Assembly: GCF_024298765.1 (NCBI RefSeq)
Contig: NZ_CP101210.1
DNA from: Escherichia coli
GTDB taxonomy: Bacteria; Pseudomonadota; Gammaproteobacteria; Enterobacterales; Enterobacteriaceae
Strand: one strand, 5' to 3'
DNA length: 64,000 nt
Shown here: positions 25,067 through 34,355 of the stretch, piece by piece
Layout: every line of letters begins with the position of its first letter
Numbering within the stretch: position 1 is the stretch's first letter
The notes under the pieces: generated by a model
Seen by the model: only the letters and a program-made list of their open reading frames with translations
Database searches by the model: none
What the model was told of the DNA's origin: nothing
Made by a program: the position numbers and the translations under genes

Positions 25067-26344
25067 TTACTTGCTGCTAGCCATTGCGGGGGCGCTATCA
25101 GCAGTACGAATTTTTTGGAACAGCAAAAAGGTAAAGATGATCACCATGGCAAGCGCCGCCATACCCATTAGCCACATGTTGCGGTAGGCTTCTGCAGCGG
25201 GCAGGGTGTCTTGCCAGTAGCCGATAATCGGGTAAACGAAGACATCCGGCAGGAATCCAATCACCGAACAAATACCTACCGTGGTGCCCATAATGTAAGA
25301 CGGTGTTCTCGCTTCGCCAGGGCAGGCCCAGTACAGCCCGCGTGAGGCGTAACAGGTGAATCCCAGCAGTAAAATCAGGCCAATCCCCATCGCGACCGAT
25401 TGCGGGTTAGAGTTCGTGACGAGCAGGGCAGTTAACGCCAGCAAGCCGAGTACGGAAAGGATTTGGATCACGCGGGTAGGGGATTTCACTTTGCTGTAGG
25501 TGGTGATAATGCCACCAAGTGGGCCGCACAGTGCGCGGAAGATTTTGTTGATCACAATCCCCATGTAGCTCGCCGCCACCAGCGACATGCCGTACATTTC
25601 GGTCAGATAGTTGGTGGAGTAACTCAGAATGGCGTAGATAGTGAAGACACCAAAAATCACCATGCTGCAATACCAGGTGGTACTGATACGCAAAACGGCC
25701 AGGATATCGCTAAGCTGGAATGACTGTTTTTCTTCGTTATTGGTACTGCGCAGGTTGTTGTTATCGCTAACAAAAAACCAGCACAGAATCCCCAACAAGA
25801 TGTAAACCACACTGTAGATAATAATGACTGTTTTCAGGCTGGCGCTGTCATCCGGCGCAAAGCGAGAAAAGACCCACATGGTAAACACCGCCAGCGACAT
25901 TACACCGACGCCGCGCAGCCCTTCCATCCAGCCCATAATTTTCCCTTGCTCACTATGATCGCCCAGCAATGAGGCGGCTTTAATCGACACCGACCACAGC
26001 ATTAAAATCGTCGTTATCGCAAAGGCGACCTGAATACAGAGCATTACCCACAGCGGTGGATACGTTGCCATTAACAGACCCAGTAATCCGGTAATGATCA
26101 TCGCGGAAGTAATCATTTTGCGGTGTGAAAATTTATCGGCAATAACGCCGCTGGGGGCATAAAGAATAATAGCTGCAATACCAAAGGTACTCATTATTAA
26201 ACCTATCTCGGTATTGCTGAATCCCATAAATTTCGCCATGGGAATTTGATAAATATAACGTAAATAAGCCAGGTCGAAACTAACGCCGCCGCTAAAACTA
26301 ATTATCGCGAGGGTTATCCAACGGCGATATGAGTTGTGTTGCAT
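25067..26344 (-). CDS. yqcE: MFS transporter
   Basis: 425-aa hydrophobic ORF immediately upstream of ygcE on the same strand (27-bp gap); likely an operon. Confidence 0.85.
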   Translation of the reverse strand: MQHNSYRRWITLAIISFSGGVSFDLAYLRYIYQIPMAKFMGFSNTEIGLIMSTFGIAAIILYAPSGVIADKFSHRKMITSAMIITGLLGLLMATYPPLWVMLCIQVAFAITTILMLWSVSIKAASLLGDHSEQGKIMGWMEGLRGVGVMSLAVFTMWVFSRFAPDDSASLKTVIIIYSVVYILLGILCWFFVSDNNNLRSTNNEEKQSFQLSDILAVLRISTTWYCSMVIFGVFTIYAILSYSTNYLTEMYGMSLVAASYMGIVINKIFRALCGPLGGIITTYSKVKSPTRVIQILSVLGLLALTALLVTNSNPQSVAMGIGLILLLGFTCYASRGLYWACPGEARTPSYIMGTTVGICSVIGFLPDVFVYPIIGYWQDTLPAAEAYRNMWLMGMAALAMVIIFTFLLFQKIRTADSAPAMASSK

Positions 26345-26465
26345 ATCGTATTCCCATTTGTAATAGACAAAAAAAAGAGAAAAGTAAGCCGCCCTTTCAG
26401 GTGGATTACTTTTCTCAGGTCTCTAGTAATTGCAATAAGAAATAACATGGAAAGCAGAGGTGTTG

Positions 26466-26481
26466 TGTGAGAGTAATCACG
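26466..26481. promoter_or_regulatory. Near-consensus CRP site (TGTGA-N6-TCACg) in the yqcE/ygcW divergent promoter region
   Basis: TGTGAGAGTAATCACG read directly. Confidence 0.45.
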
Positions 26482-26522
26482 CTTCTGCTTTTTAAAATTA
26501 TTTGACAATTCGAATATCACAC

Positions 26523-26538
26523 TGTGATTACGATCACA
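26523..26538. promoter_or_regulatory. Perfect-consensus CRP site (TGTGA-N6-TCACA) in the yqcE/ygcW divergent promoter region
   Basis: TGTGATTACGATCACA read directly; overlaps a second palindrome TCACACTGTGA. A TTGACA hexamer lies at 26502-26507. Confidence 0.6.
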
Positions 26539-26592
26539 TTAGCGATTATGCCCTTATGCTAAAAATTATCTCCAGTTACCAGAGATAATGAG

Positions 26593-26638
26593 AAAGGTAA
26601 CTTCCCTCTCGCGGGGGAAGTTACCTTTCTTTTTTTTT
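26593..26638 (+). terminator. Intrinsic-terminator-like hairpin in the ygcW 5' leader (candidate attenuator)
   Basis: 14-bp perfect stem (AAAGGTAACTTCCC / GGGAAGTTACCTTT), 8-nt loop, then a 9-T run at 26630-26638; ends 25 nt before the ygcW ATG. Confidence 0.6.
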
Positions 26639-26662
26639 GCCTTACGGAAATTGGAGCTAACT

Positions 26663-27448
26663 ATGTCAATCGAATCTCTCAATGCGTTCTCAATGGATTT
26701 TTTCTCCCTGAAAGGTAAAACCGCAATTGTTACCGGCGGGAATAGCGGTTTAGGCCAGGCATTTGCCATGGCGCTGGCCAAAGCAGGCGCAAATATCTTT
26801 ATTCCAAGCTTCGTTAAAGATAACGGCGAAACAAAGGAAATGATTGAAAAACAGGGTGTTGAAGTGGACTTCATGCAGGTGGATATCACCGCAGAAGGCG
26901 CACCGCAGAAGATTATCGCTGCCTGCTGTGAGCGCTTCGGTACCGTCGATATTCTGGTTAACAATGCCGGTATTTGTAAACTGAATAAGGTGCTGGACTT
27001 CGGTCGTGCCGACTGGGACCCGATGATTGACGTGAACCTGACCGCCGCATTCGAGTTAAGCTACGAAGCAGCAAAAATTATGATCCCGCAGAAAAGCGGT
27101 AAAATCATTAATATCTGTTCATTGTTCTCTTACTTAGGTGGACAATGGTCACCTGCATATTCTGCCACTAAACATGCTCTTGCCGGGTTCACCAAAGCTT
27201 ATTGTGATGAACTAGGTCAATATAATATTCAGGTAAATGGTATTGCCCCTGGCTATTATGCAACAGATATTACGCTGGCGACACGCAGTAATCCAGAAAC
27301 CAATCAGCGCGTTCTTGATCATATTCCGGCAAACCGTTGGGGCGATACTCAGGATTTAATGGGCGCAGCCGTGTTTCTCGCAAGTCAGGCATCGAATTAT
27401 GTCAACGGGCATTTATTAGTGGTCGATGGCGGTTATTTAGTGCGCTAA
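26663..27448 (+). CDS. ygcW: Short-chain dehydrogenase/reductase (SDR)
   Basis: Track ORF 26588-27448 trimmed to the ATG at 26663 (MSIESLN, 261 aa) with SD GGAG; TGGNSGLG Rossmann motif. Confidence 0.85.
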   Translation: MSIESLNAFSMDFFSLKGKTAIVTGGNSGLGQAFAMALAKAGANIFIPSFVKDNGETKEMIEKQGVEVDFMQVDITAEGAPQKIIAACCERFGTVDILVNNAGICKLNKVLDFGRADWDPMIDVNLTAAFELSYEAAKIMIPQKSGKIINICSLFSYLGGQWSPAYSATKHALAGFTKAYCDELGQYNIQVNGIAPGYYATDITLATRSNPETNQRVLDHIPANRWGDTQDLMGAAVFLASQASNYVNGHLLVVDGGYLVR

Positions 27449-27517
27449 TCCATAACGGTGGTTTCTGTTTTCTCTTATTAATGATTATTCCATTTTTATT
27501 ATCAGGAAGGAATTACT

Positions 27518-28972
27518 ATGTCTTTATCTCGCGCAGCGATTGTCGACCAGCTAAAGGAAATTGTTGGTGCAGATCGCGTAATTACCGATGAAACGGTATT
27601 AAAGAAAAACAGTATTGACCGTTTTCGTAAATTTCCGGATATTCATGGAATTTATACTTTGCCGATTCCGGCAGCGGTCGTAAAACTCGGTTCTACAGAA
27701 CAAGTATCCCGTGTGCTGAATTTTATGAATGCGCACAAAATTAACGGTGTGCCACGTACCGGTGCTTCCGCCACCGAAGGTGGGCTGGAAACCGTTGTGG
27801 AAAACTCGGTGGTGCTCGACGGCTCCGCCATGAATCAAATCATTAATATTGATATTGAGAATATGCAGGCCACGGCGCAATGTGGCGTTCCGCTGGAGGT
27901 GCTGGAAAACGCGTTGCGTGAAAAAGGTTACACCACGGGGCATTCTCCGCAGTCAAAGCCGCTGGCGCAGATGGGCGGCCTGGTGGCGACCCGCAGTATC
28001 GGGCAGTTTTCCACACTCTACGGCGCAATCGAGGATATGGTCGTTGGTCTGGAAGCGGTGCTGGCAGATGGCACCGTCACACGCATTAAAAACGTGCCAC
28101 GTCGCGCGGCTGGCCCGGACATTCGTCATATCATCATTGGCAACGAAGGTGCACTGTGCTATATCACTGAAGTCACAGTGAAAATCTTCAAATTTACGCC
28201 GGAAAACAATCTCTTCTATGGCTATGTGCTGGAAGACATGAAAACCGGCTTCAACATCCTGCGTGAAATCATGGTGGAAGGGTATCGTCCGTCGATCGCT
28301 CGTTTGTATGACGCTGAAGATGGCACCCAACACTTCACCCATTTTGCCGATGGTAAATGTGTGCTGATCTTTATGGCTGAAGGTAACCCTCGCATTGCGA
28401 AGGCGACAGGCGAAGGGATTGCTGAAATCGTGGCACGTTACCCGCAATGCCAGCGAGTGGACAGCAAGCTGATCGAAACCTGGTTTAATCACCTGAACTG
28501 GGGGCCGGATAAAGTGGCCGCTGAACGTGTGCAGATCCTCAAAACCGGCAACATGGGCTTTACCACCGAAGTGTCCGGCTGCTGGAGCTGCATCCACGAA
28601 ATCTACGAAAGCGTTATTAACCGTATTCGTACCGAGTTCCCGCATGCCGACGACATCACCATGCTGGGCGGTCACTCCTCTCATAGCTATCAGAACGGCA
28701 CCAACATGTACTTCGTCTACGACTACAACGTCGTTGACTGTAAGCCGGAAGAGGAAATCGACAAGTACCACAATCCGCTCAACAAAATCATCTGCGAAGA
28801 AACCATTCGCCTCGGTGGTTCGATGGTGCACCACCACGGTATCGGTAAACATCGCGTTCACTGGAGCAAACTGGAACACGGCAGCGCGTGGGCGTTGCTG
28901 GAAGGGCTGAAAAAGCAGTTCGATCCTAACGGCATTATGAATACGGGTACTATCTATCCGATTGAAAAATAA
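27518..28972 (+). CDS. ygcU: FAD-linked oxidase (PCMH-type FAD-binding; alkyl-DHAP synthase / D-lactate dehydrogenase-like)
   Basis: 484-aa ORF. Confidence 0.85.
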   Translation: MSLSRAAIVDQLKEIVGADRVITDETVLKKNSIDRFRKFPDIHGIYTLPIPAAVVKLGSTEQVSRVLNFMNAHKINGVPRTGASATEGGLETVVENSVVLDGSAMNQIINIDIENMQATAQCGVPLEVLENALREKGYTTGHSPQSKPLAQMGGLVATRSIGQFSTLYGAIEDMVVGLEAVLADGTVTRIKNVPRRAAGPDIRHIIIGNEGALCYITEVTVKIFKFTPENNLFYGYVLEDMKTGFNILREIMVEGYRPSIARLYDAEDGTQHFTHFADGKCVLIFMAEGNPRIAKATGEGIAEIVARYPQCQRVDSKLIETWFNHLNWGPDKVAAERVQILKTGNMGFTTEVSGCWSCIHEIYESVINRIRTEFPHADDITMLGGHSSHSYQNGTNMYFVYDYNVVDCKPEEEIDKYHNPLNKIICEETIRLGGSMVHHHGIGKHRVHWSKLEHGSAWALLEGLKKQFDPNGIMNTGTIYPIEK

Positions 28973-29013
28973 TGTGTCAGGCAGCGTTCCGCGATGACGG
29001 GGCGTTGCCTTTT

Positions 29014-29043
29014 CGGCTTCTCAGGCGAGAAGCCGTTCTTATT
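29014..29043 (+). terminator. Terminator-like hairpin between ygcU and ygcS (possible internal attenuator)
   Basis: CGGCTTCTC-AGGC-GAGAAGCCG (9-bp stem) followed by TTCTTATT; 22 nt upstream of the ygcS ATG. Confidence 0.45.
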
Positions 29044-29065
29044 ACCGGACAATGAAGGGGTAAAG

Positions 29066-30403
29066 ATGAACACTTCACCGGTGCGAATGGATGATTTACC
29101 ACTTAACCGTTTTCACTGCCGCATTGCTGCGCTCACTTTCGGCGCACACCTGACCGACGGTTATGTCCTCGGCGTCATTGGTTACGCCATTATTCAGCTT
29201 ACACCCGCCATGCAACTGACGCCGTTTATGGCGGGAATGATCGGCGGCTCGGCGCTACTTGGCCTGTTTATCGGTAGCCTGGTTTTGGGGTGGATCTCCG
29301 ACCATATTGGTCGGCAAAAAATCTTCACCTTCAGCTTTTTGCTGATTACGCTCGCTTCGTTCTTACAATTTTTTGCCACCACGCCAGAGCATCTTATTGG
29401 ACTGCGCATTTTGATCGGCATTGGTCTGGGAGGCGATTACTCAGTCGGTCACACTTTGCTGGCTGAATTTTCTCCGCGCCGCCATCGCGGTGTTTTGCTG
29501 GGCGCATTCAGCGTGGTGTGGACCGTAGGCTATGTGCTGGCAAGTATTGCCGGACATCACTTTATTAGCGAAAGCCCGGAGGCCTGGCGCTGGCTACTGG
29601 CATCGGCAGCTCTGCCCGCATTGTTGATTACGTTATTACGCTGGGGAACGCCAGAATCGCCACGCTGGCTACTGCGCCAGGGGCGTTTTGCAGAAGCTCA
29701 CGCTATCGTGCATCGCTATTTTGGTCCCCATGTTTTACTGGGCGATGAAGTGGCAACGGCGACCCATAAACACATCAAAACCTTGTTCTCTTCGCGCTAC
29801 TGGCGGCGCACAGCGTTTAACAGCGTCTTCTTTGTCTGCCTCGTAATCCCATGGTTTGTGATTTATACCTGGCTGCCGACCATCGCCCAAACTATTGGTC
29901 TGGAAGATGCGCTGACAGCCAGCCTGATGCTTAATGCGTTGTTAATTGTGGGCGCGCTGCTGGGATTAGTTCTGACGCACCTGCTGGCACATCGCAAATT
30001 TTTGCTGGGAAGTTTTTTGCTGCTGGCGGCAACGCTGGTCGTGATGGCCTGTTTGCCTTCCGGCAGTTCATTAACGCTGCTGCTTTTTGTTCTCTTCAGC
30101 ACCACCATTTCGGCAGTCAGTAATCTGGTGGGCATTTTGCCTGCGGAAAGTTTTCCTACTGACATTCGCTCGCTGGGCGTCGGTTTTGCCACCGCCATGA
30201 GTCGACTTGGCGCGGCGGTAAGTACTGGCCTGCTGCCGTGGGTGCTGGCGCAGTGGGGAATGCAAGTCACCTTATTGCTCCTGGCGGCAGTGTTGTTGGT
30301 TGGTTTTGTTGTGACCTGGCTATGGGCACCAGAAACCAAAGCACTCCCGCTGGTGGCGGCGGGAAATGTAGGAGGTGCGAATGAACATTCTGTTAGCGTT
30401 TAA
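29066..30403 (+). CDS. ygcS: MFS transporter
   Basis: Track ORF 28994-30403 trimmed to the ATG at 29066 (MNTSPVRMDD, 445 aa) with SD GAAGGGG. Confidence 0.85.
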   Translation: MNTSPVRMDDLPLNRFHCRIAALTFGAHLTDGYVLGVIGYAIIQLTPAMQLTPFMAGMIGGSALLGLFIGSLVLGWISDHIGRQKIFTFSFLLITLASFLQFFATTPEHLIGLRILIGIGLGGDYSVGHTLLAEFSPRRHRGVLLGAFSVVWTVGYVLASIAGHHFISESPEAWRWLLASAALPALLITLLRWGTPESPRWLLRQGRFAEAHAIVHRYFGPHVLLGDEVATATHKHIKTLFSSRYWRRTAFNSVFFVCLVIPWFVIYTWLPTIAQTIGLEDALTASLMLNALLIVGALLGLVLTHLLAHRKFLLGSFLLLAATLVVMACLPSGSSLTLLLFVLFSTTISAVSNLVGILPAESFPTDIRSLGVGFATAMSRLGAAVSTGLLPWVLAQWGMQVTLLLLAAVLLVGFVVTWLWAPETKALPLVAAGNVGGANEHSVSV

Positions 30404-31160
30404 AGCCGAACCGGATGCCGGAATGCTGGCGGAAAAAGAGTGGCAGGCGGCGGCTCAGGGTAATAGCGGACCGGATGTTTCGCTTCTGCGAAGTTTACTC
30501 GGTGCTGATGAACAGGCTGCCGCCGCGCTGCTGTTGGCGCAGAGAAAAAACGGTACGTCGATGTCTTTAACCGCGTTGAGCATGGGGGATGAACGGGCGT
30601 TGCACTGGCTGCGCTATCTCATGGCTCTTGGGTTTGAGGAAGCTGTAGTGCTGGAGACGGCGGCAGATCTGCGCTTTGCGTCGGAATTTGTCGCTCGCCA
30701 TATTGCCGAATGGCAGCGTCAGAATCCGCTGGATCTGATAATTACCGGCTGCCAAAGCAGCGAAGGGCAGAATGGACAAACGCCATTTTTGCTGGCGGAA
30801 ATGCTGGGCTGGCCCTGTTTCACCCAGGTGGAGCGTTTCACTCTCGACGCGCCGTTTATCACCCTCGAACAGCGTACTGAACATGGGTTGCGCTGTTGCC
30901 GGGTTCGCTTGCCTGCGGTGATTGCCGTGCGCCAGTGTGGTGAAGTGGCCTTGCCAGTACCGGGAATGCGCCAGCGAATGGCTGCGGGGAAAGCAGAAAT
31001 TATCCGTAAAACTGTTGCTGCCGAATTGCCAGCGATGCAGTGTCTGCAACTGGCAAGAGCAGAGCAACGACGCGGAGCGACGCTGATTGATGGGCAAACG
31101 GTAGCAGAAAAAGCGCAAAAGCTATGGCAGAACTATTTACGCCAAAGGATGCAGCCATGA
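30381..31160 (+). CDS. ygcR: Electron transfer flavoprotein beta-subunit-like protein
   Basis: Start at ATG 30381 with SD AGGAGG 6 nt upstream (259 aa); overlaps the ygcS 3' end. Confidence 0.82.
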   Translation: MNILLAFKAEPDAGMLAEKEWQAAAQGNSGPDVSLLRSLLGADEQAAAALLLAQRKNGTSMSLTALSMGDERALHWLRYLMALGFEEAVVLETAADLRFASEFVARHIAEWQRQNPLDLIITGCQSSEGQNGQTPFLLAEMLGWPCFTQVERFTLDAPFITLEQRTEHGLRCCRVRLPAVIAVRQCGEVALPVPGMRQRMAAGKAEIIRKTVAAELPAMQCLQLARAEQRRGATLIDGQTVAEKAQKLWQNYLRQRMQP

Positions 31161-32017
31161 ATATCACAATTGTGACAATAAATCAGGAGAATGCCGCAAT
31201 AGCAAGCTGGCTGGCGGCACAGGATTTCAGCGGTTGTACCCTGGCGCACTGGCAGATTGAACCTCAGCCCGTAGTGGCGGAACAGGTGCTGGATGCGCTG
31301 GTGGAACAGTGGCAGCGAACGCCAGCGGACGTTGTTCTCTTTCCGCCGGGAACGTTTGGCGATGAACTGTCGACCCGGCTGGCCTGGCGTTTACATGGTG
31401 CAAGCATCTGCCAGGTGACTTCGTTAGATATTCCAACTGTAAGCATGCGCAAATCCCACTGGGGAAATGCGCTAACGGCGACGCTGCAAACAGAAAAACG
31501 CCCGCTATGCCTTTCCCTTGCCCGCCAGGCGGGAGCACTGAAAAACGCCACGTTGCCCTCTGGTATGCAGCAACTGAACATTGTCCCCGGCGCGCCTCCA
31601 GACTGGCTTATCAGCGTCGAAAACCTGAAAAATGTTACCCGCGATCCATTAGCTGAAGCCAGACGGGTGCTGGTGGTGGGGCAGGGCGGAGAGGCAGATA
31701 ACCAGGAAATCGCTATGCTGGTAGAAAAGCTGGGAGCCGAAGTGGGCTACAGTCGGGCGCGAGTGATGAACGGTGGCGTTGATGCTGAAAAAGTGATTGG
31801 TATTTCCGGACATCTGCTGGCGCCTGAGGTGTGTATTGTTGTTGGCGCTTCCGGCGCAGCAGCGTTAATGGCGGGCGTACGCAATAGCAAGTTTGTGGTG
31901 GCGATTAATCATGACGCCAGCGCGGCGGTATTTTCACAGGCAGATGTTGGCGTGGTTGATGACTGGAAAGCGGTGCTGGAGGCACTGGTGACAACCATTC
32001 ACGCAGATTGCCAATAA
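31157..32017 (+). CDS. ygcQ: Electron transfer flavoprotein alpha-subunit-like protein
   Basis: Track ORF 31124-32017 trimmed to the internal ATG at 31157 (MNITIVT, 286 aa); overlaps the ygcR stop. Confidence 0.82.
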   Translation: MNITIVTINQENAAIASWLAAQDFSGCTLAHWQIEPQPVVAEQVLDALVEQWQRTPADVVLFPPGTFGDELSTRLAWRLHGASICQVTSLDIPTVSMRKSHWGNALTATLQTEKRPLCLSLARQAGALKNATLPSGMQQLNIVPGAPPDWLISVENLKNVTRDPLAEARRVLVVGQGGEADNQEIAMLVEKLGAEVGYSRARVMNGGVDAEKVIGISGHLLAPEVCIVVGASGAAALMAGVRNSKFVVAINHDASAAVFSQADVGVVDDWKAVLEALVTTIHADCQ

Positions 32018-32115
32018 CGTGCTGCCGGATGATCCTGCCTACGGTTCTGGGCTGGGGACTTGTAAGCCTGATAAGACGCGTCAAGCGTCGTATCAGGCGC
32101 TGAATGTCGGATGTG
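32012..32115. repeat. REP element cluster
   Basis: GCCTGATAAGACGCG ... CGTCGTATCAGGCG palindromic units between convergent ygcQ and ygcP. Confidence 0.7.
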
Positions 32116-32163
32116 GCGTGCAGCCTACAAATCACACAAATTCAACTCGTTACGAGTATCCCG

Positions 32164-32739
32164 TCAAAGCAATTTTTTCGCTAACGTCCAGACCCCGGTA
32201 TTCGTGGTGGAAAGCGCCACAACACCCGCGTTAATCGCATTACGCGCATCTTCTTCATCGCACACCAGCCCGCCGGCAATCAGCGGTTGGCGGATTTTCT
32301 CCGTCACCCAGCCCAGCACTTTAGGCATACAGCCTGGCAGGATCTCAATACAATCCGGATTCGATTGCGCAACTTGCTTATCAATGTTGTGAAACGAAAT
32401 CGAATCAACAATAAACAGGCGATGAATACAGAAAAAACCTTCCGCTCTTGCCGCTTTCAACATTGAGGCTTTGGTACTGATAATGCCGTCCGCCTCAGTC
32501 ACCAGTTTCAAAAACTGAATCACCACTTCTTTATTTGACGCGCCTTCCAGCAAATCAACATGAATAAAAGCATATTTTCCGGCATTTTTAATCTTTTTAA
32601 CGATTTGACTAATGGTGCAGATATTGCCGTACAACACGGAAATAAACTGGCATTCAGAGTCGATTGCCAGTTGCAGGCTGGCATTATCTTTAACGGCAGC
32701 AATCACCGGATTCTGGCGGAGCAGGTGTAAGAGGGGCAT
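32164..32739 (-). CDS. ygcP: GlpP-family (glycerol-3-phosphate responsive) antiterminator-like protein
   Basis: 191-aa ORF. Confidence 0.82.
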   Translation of the reverse strand: MPLLHLLRQNPVIAAVKDNASLQLAIDSECQFISVLYGNICTISQIVKKIKNAGKYAFIHVDLLEGASNKEVVIQFLKLVTEADGIISTKASMLKAARAEGFFCIHRLFIVDSISFHNIDKQVAQSNPDCIEILPGCMPKVLGWVTEKIRQPLIAGGLVCDEEDARNAINAGVVALSTTNTGVWTLAKKLL

Positions 32740-32755
32740 AAATTATCCTTATTAT

Positions 32756-33016
32756 TTATCCAAAACGGTAGGTGATGCCGAATCCGGAAGGCGGATAGCG
32801 CCACTGTTGTAGTGTTGATTCGTCGCACAGCAAACGGCAGGTGCCACACTCCAGGCAGCCGCGATAATCAACGCGTAAGTCACCTTCCGGTGTGAGCGAA
32901 AAAAGACCAGCCGGACAAGCGTTAATCAACCGTTGTACCGTCTGACGCTCAACGGAGTCAGCCGGTACAATGTGCGGCGCATCGGCAACGCGCCAGAGAT
33001 TACGGGCTACAGACAT
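32756..33016 (-). CDS. ygcO: Ferredoxin-like protein (FixX family)
   Basis: Track ORF 32756-33052 trimmed to MSVARNLW (86 aa); cysteine motif CLECGTCRLLC. Confidence 0.8.
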   Translation of the reverse strand: MSVARNLWRVADAPHIVPADSVERQTVQRLINACPAGLFSLTPEGDLRVDYRGCLECGTCRLLCDESTLQQWRYPPSGFGITYRFG

Positions 33017-34278
33017 CGCAGACTCCTGATAACATCGCCCGCCAGATGCCACAGGCCGTGACGACGTAAATGACGCCAGAATAACTGGCGCAGCGGTGGA
33101 ACAGGTTTATCACCCTGATCCCATAAATCGCGGGAAATATCCTGCATTAACGCAGGCCACGCACGGTACCATCCAGGGCGTTGCAAAAGCGCCGGAACAT
33201 GCTGATAACGTTGTAGAACATCCCATAGCAGGCTGCGCTCGACGTTGTGATGATAAAGCGCAAACAGATTTTGCGGCTCGCGGTGCTGGCAGGCGCTTAT
33301 CAGCGTTTGTGCCGCCGCCTGCGTGCCAGTCAGCGCCATATCCATGCCGCGCACGGAAATTCCGGTATTGACGCAACTGCGCAACGCATCGCCCAGCAGC
33401 AGCCAGCCGTTACCGGCGTATTGCACCGGCATACTGTGCAAGCCACCTTCTGGCACCAGATGCGCACCATACTCCAGTGATTCCGTGTTTTTGATAAGCG
33501 GGCGCACTGCCGGATGCGTTTTAAAGCGAGCCAGCAGCTCGCTTGCCGGAACACGACTTTGCGTAAGGGAAGAGAGCGGGCAAACAATCCCTAACGAGAG
33601 CGTTTGTTGATTAGTATAAAGAAATGCGCCGCCGGGTAAGTCATCACAGATCCCGCCGCTGAACAGCAACGCTGCGCCTTCGTTATTCTCCAGATGAAAA
33701 CGTTCTTCAATAGCGGATGTTTCCAGCGACAGCACTTCTTTGATCCCCAACGCCATCGCTTCGCCAGCAGGACGAGTCACTAACCCGTGACGTTCAGCCA
33801 GGACGCTGTTGGCACCTTCTGCCAGCACCACATAACGGGCGCGAAGAATATCGTCACCACAAATGACACCACACACCCTGCCGTTTTCTTCATACAGTGC
33901 ATCTACCGTCGCACCGGGGATGCATTCGACACCTTCTTTTTCGGCTTCGGCAACCAGCCACGGATCGAATCGTGCACGTAATACACTCCAGGATTCACCG
34001 CCGGGCTGTAAGCTGGAAAACGTCGTTGCGCCATCTGGCGTTAACAGAGAAAGACTTTCGTGAGTGATGCGTCGTTCAAGGGGCGCGGTCAGGTGAAATT
34101 GTGGGAGGAGTTCCGCGAGCGCATGGGTGTATAGCCGCCCGCCGGAAAGATTTTTGCTGCCGGGAATTTCCGCTCGTTCCACTAACAAAACGGATAAACC
34201 CGCTCGCGCGCAGCGTAACGCGCAAGCGGTGCCAGCAATTCCGGCACCGATAATAATAATGTCGCAGTCGTCTTCCAT
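33007..34278 (-). CDS. ygcN: FAD-dependent oxidoreductase (FixC / ETF-quinone oxidoreductase-like)
   Basis: Track ORF trimmed to MEDDCDIIIIGAGIAG (423 aa); FAD dinucleotide-binding motif. Confidence 0.85.
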   Translation of the reverse strand: MEDDCDIIIIGAGIAGTACALRCARAGLSVLLVERAEIPGSKNLSGGRLYTHALAELLPQFHLTAPLERRITHESLSLLTPDGATTFSSLQPGGESWSVLRARFDPWLVAEAEKEGVECIPGATVDALYEENGRVCGVICGDDILRARYVVLAEGANSVLAERHGLVTRPAGEAMALGIKEVLSLETSAIEERFHLENNEGAALLFSGGICDDLPGGAFLYTNQQTLSLGIVCPLSSLTQSRVPASELLARFKTHPAVRPLIKNTESLEYGAHLVPEGGLHSMPVQYAGNGWLLLGDALRSCVNTGISVRGMDMALTGTQAAAQTLISACQHREPQNLFALYHHNVERSLLWDVLQRYQHVPALLQRPGWYRAWPALMQDISRDLWDQGDKPVPPLRQLFWRHLRRHGLWHLAGDVIRSLRCL

Positions 34279-34355
34279 GTCATGCCCCAGATATCCAGAA
34301 CACAACACCCTAACATAGCGTTACTTAAGGGAAATTGACCGCCGACACACTCTTA

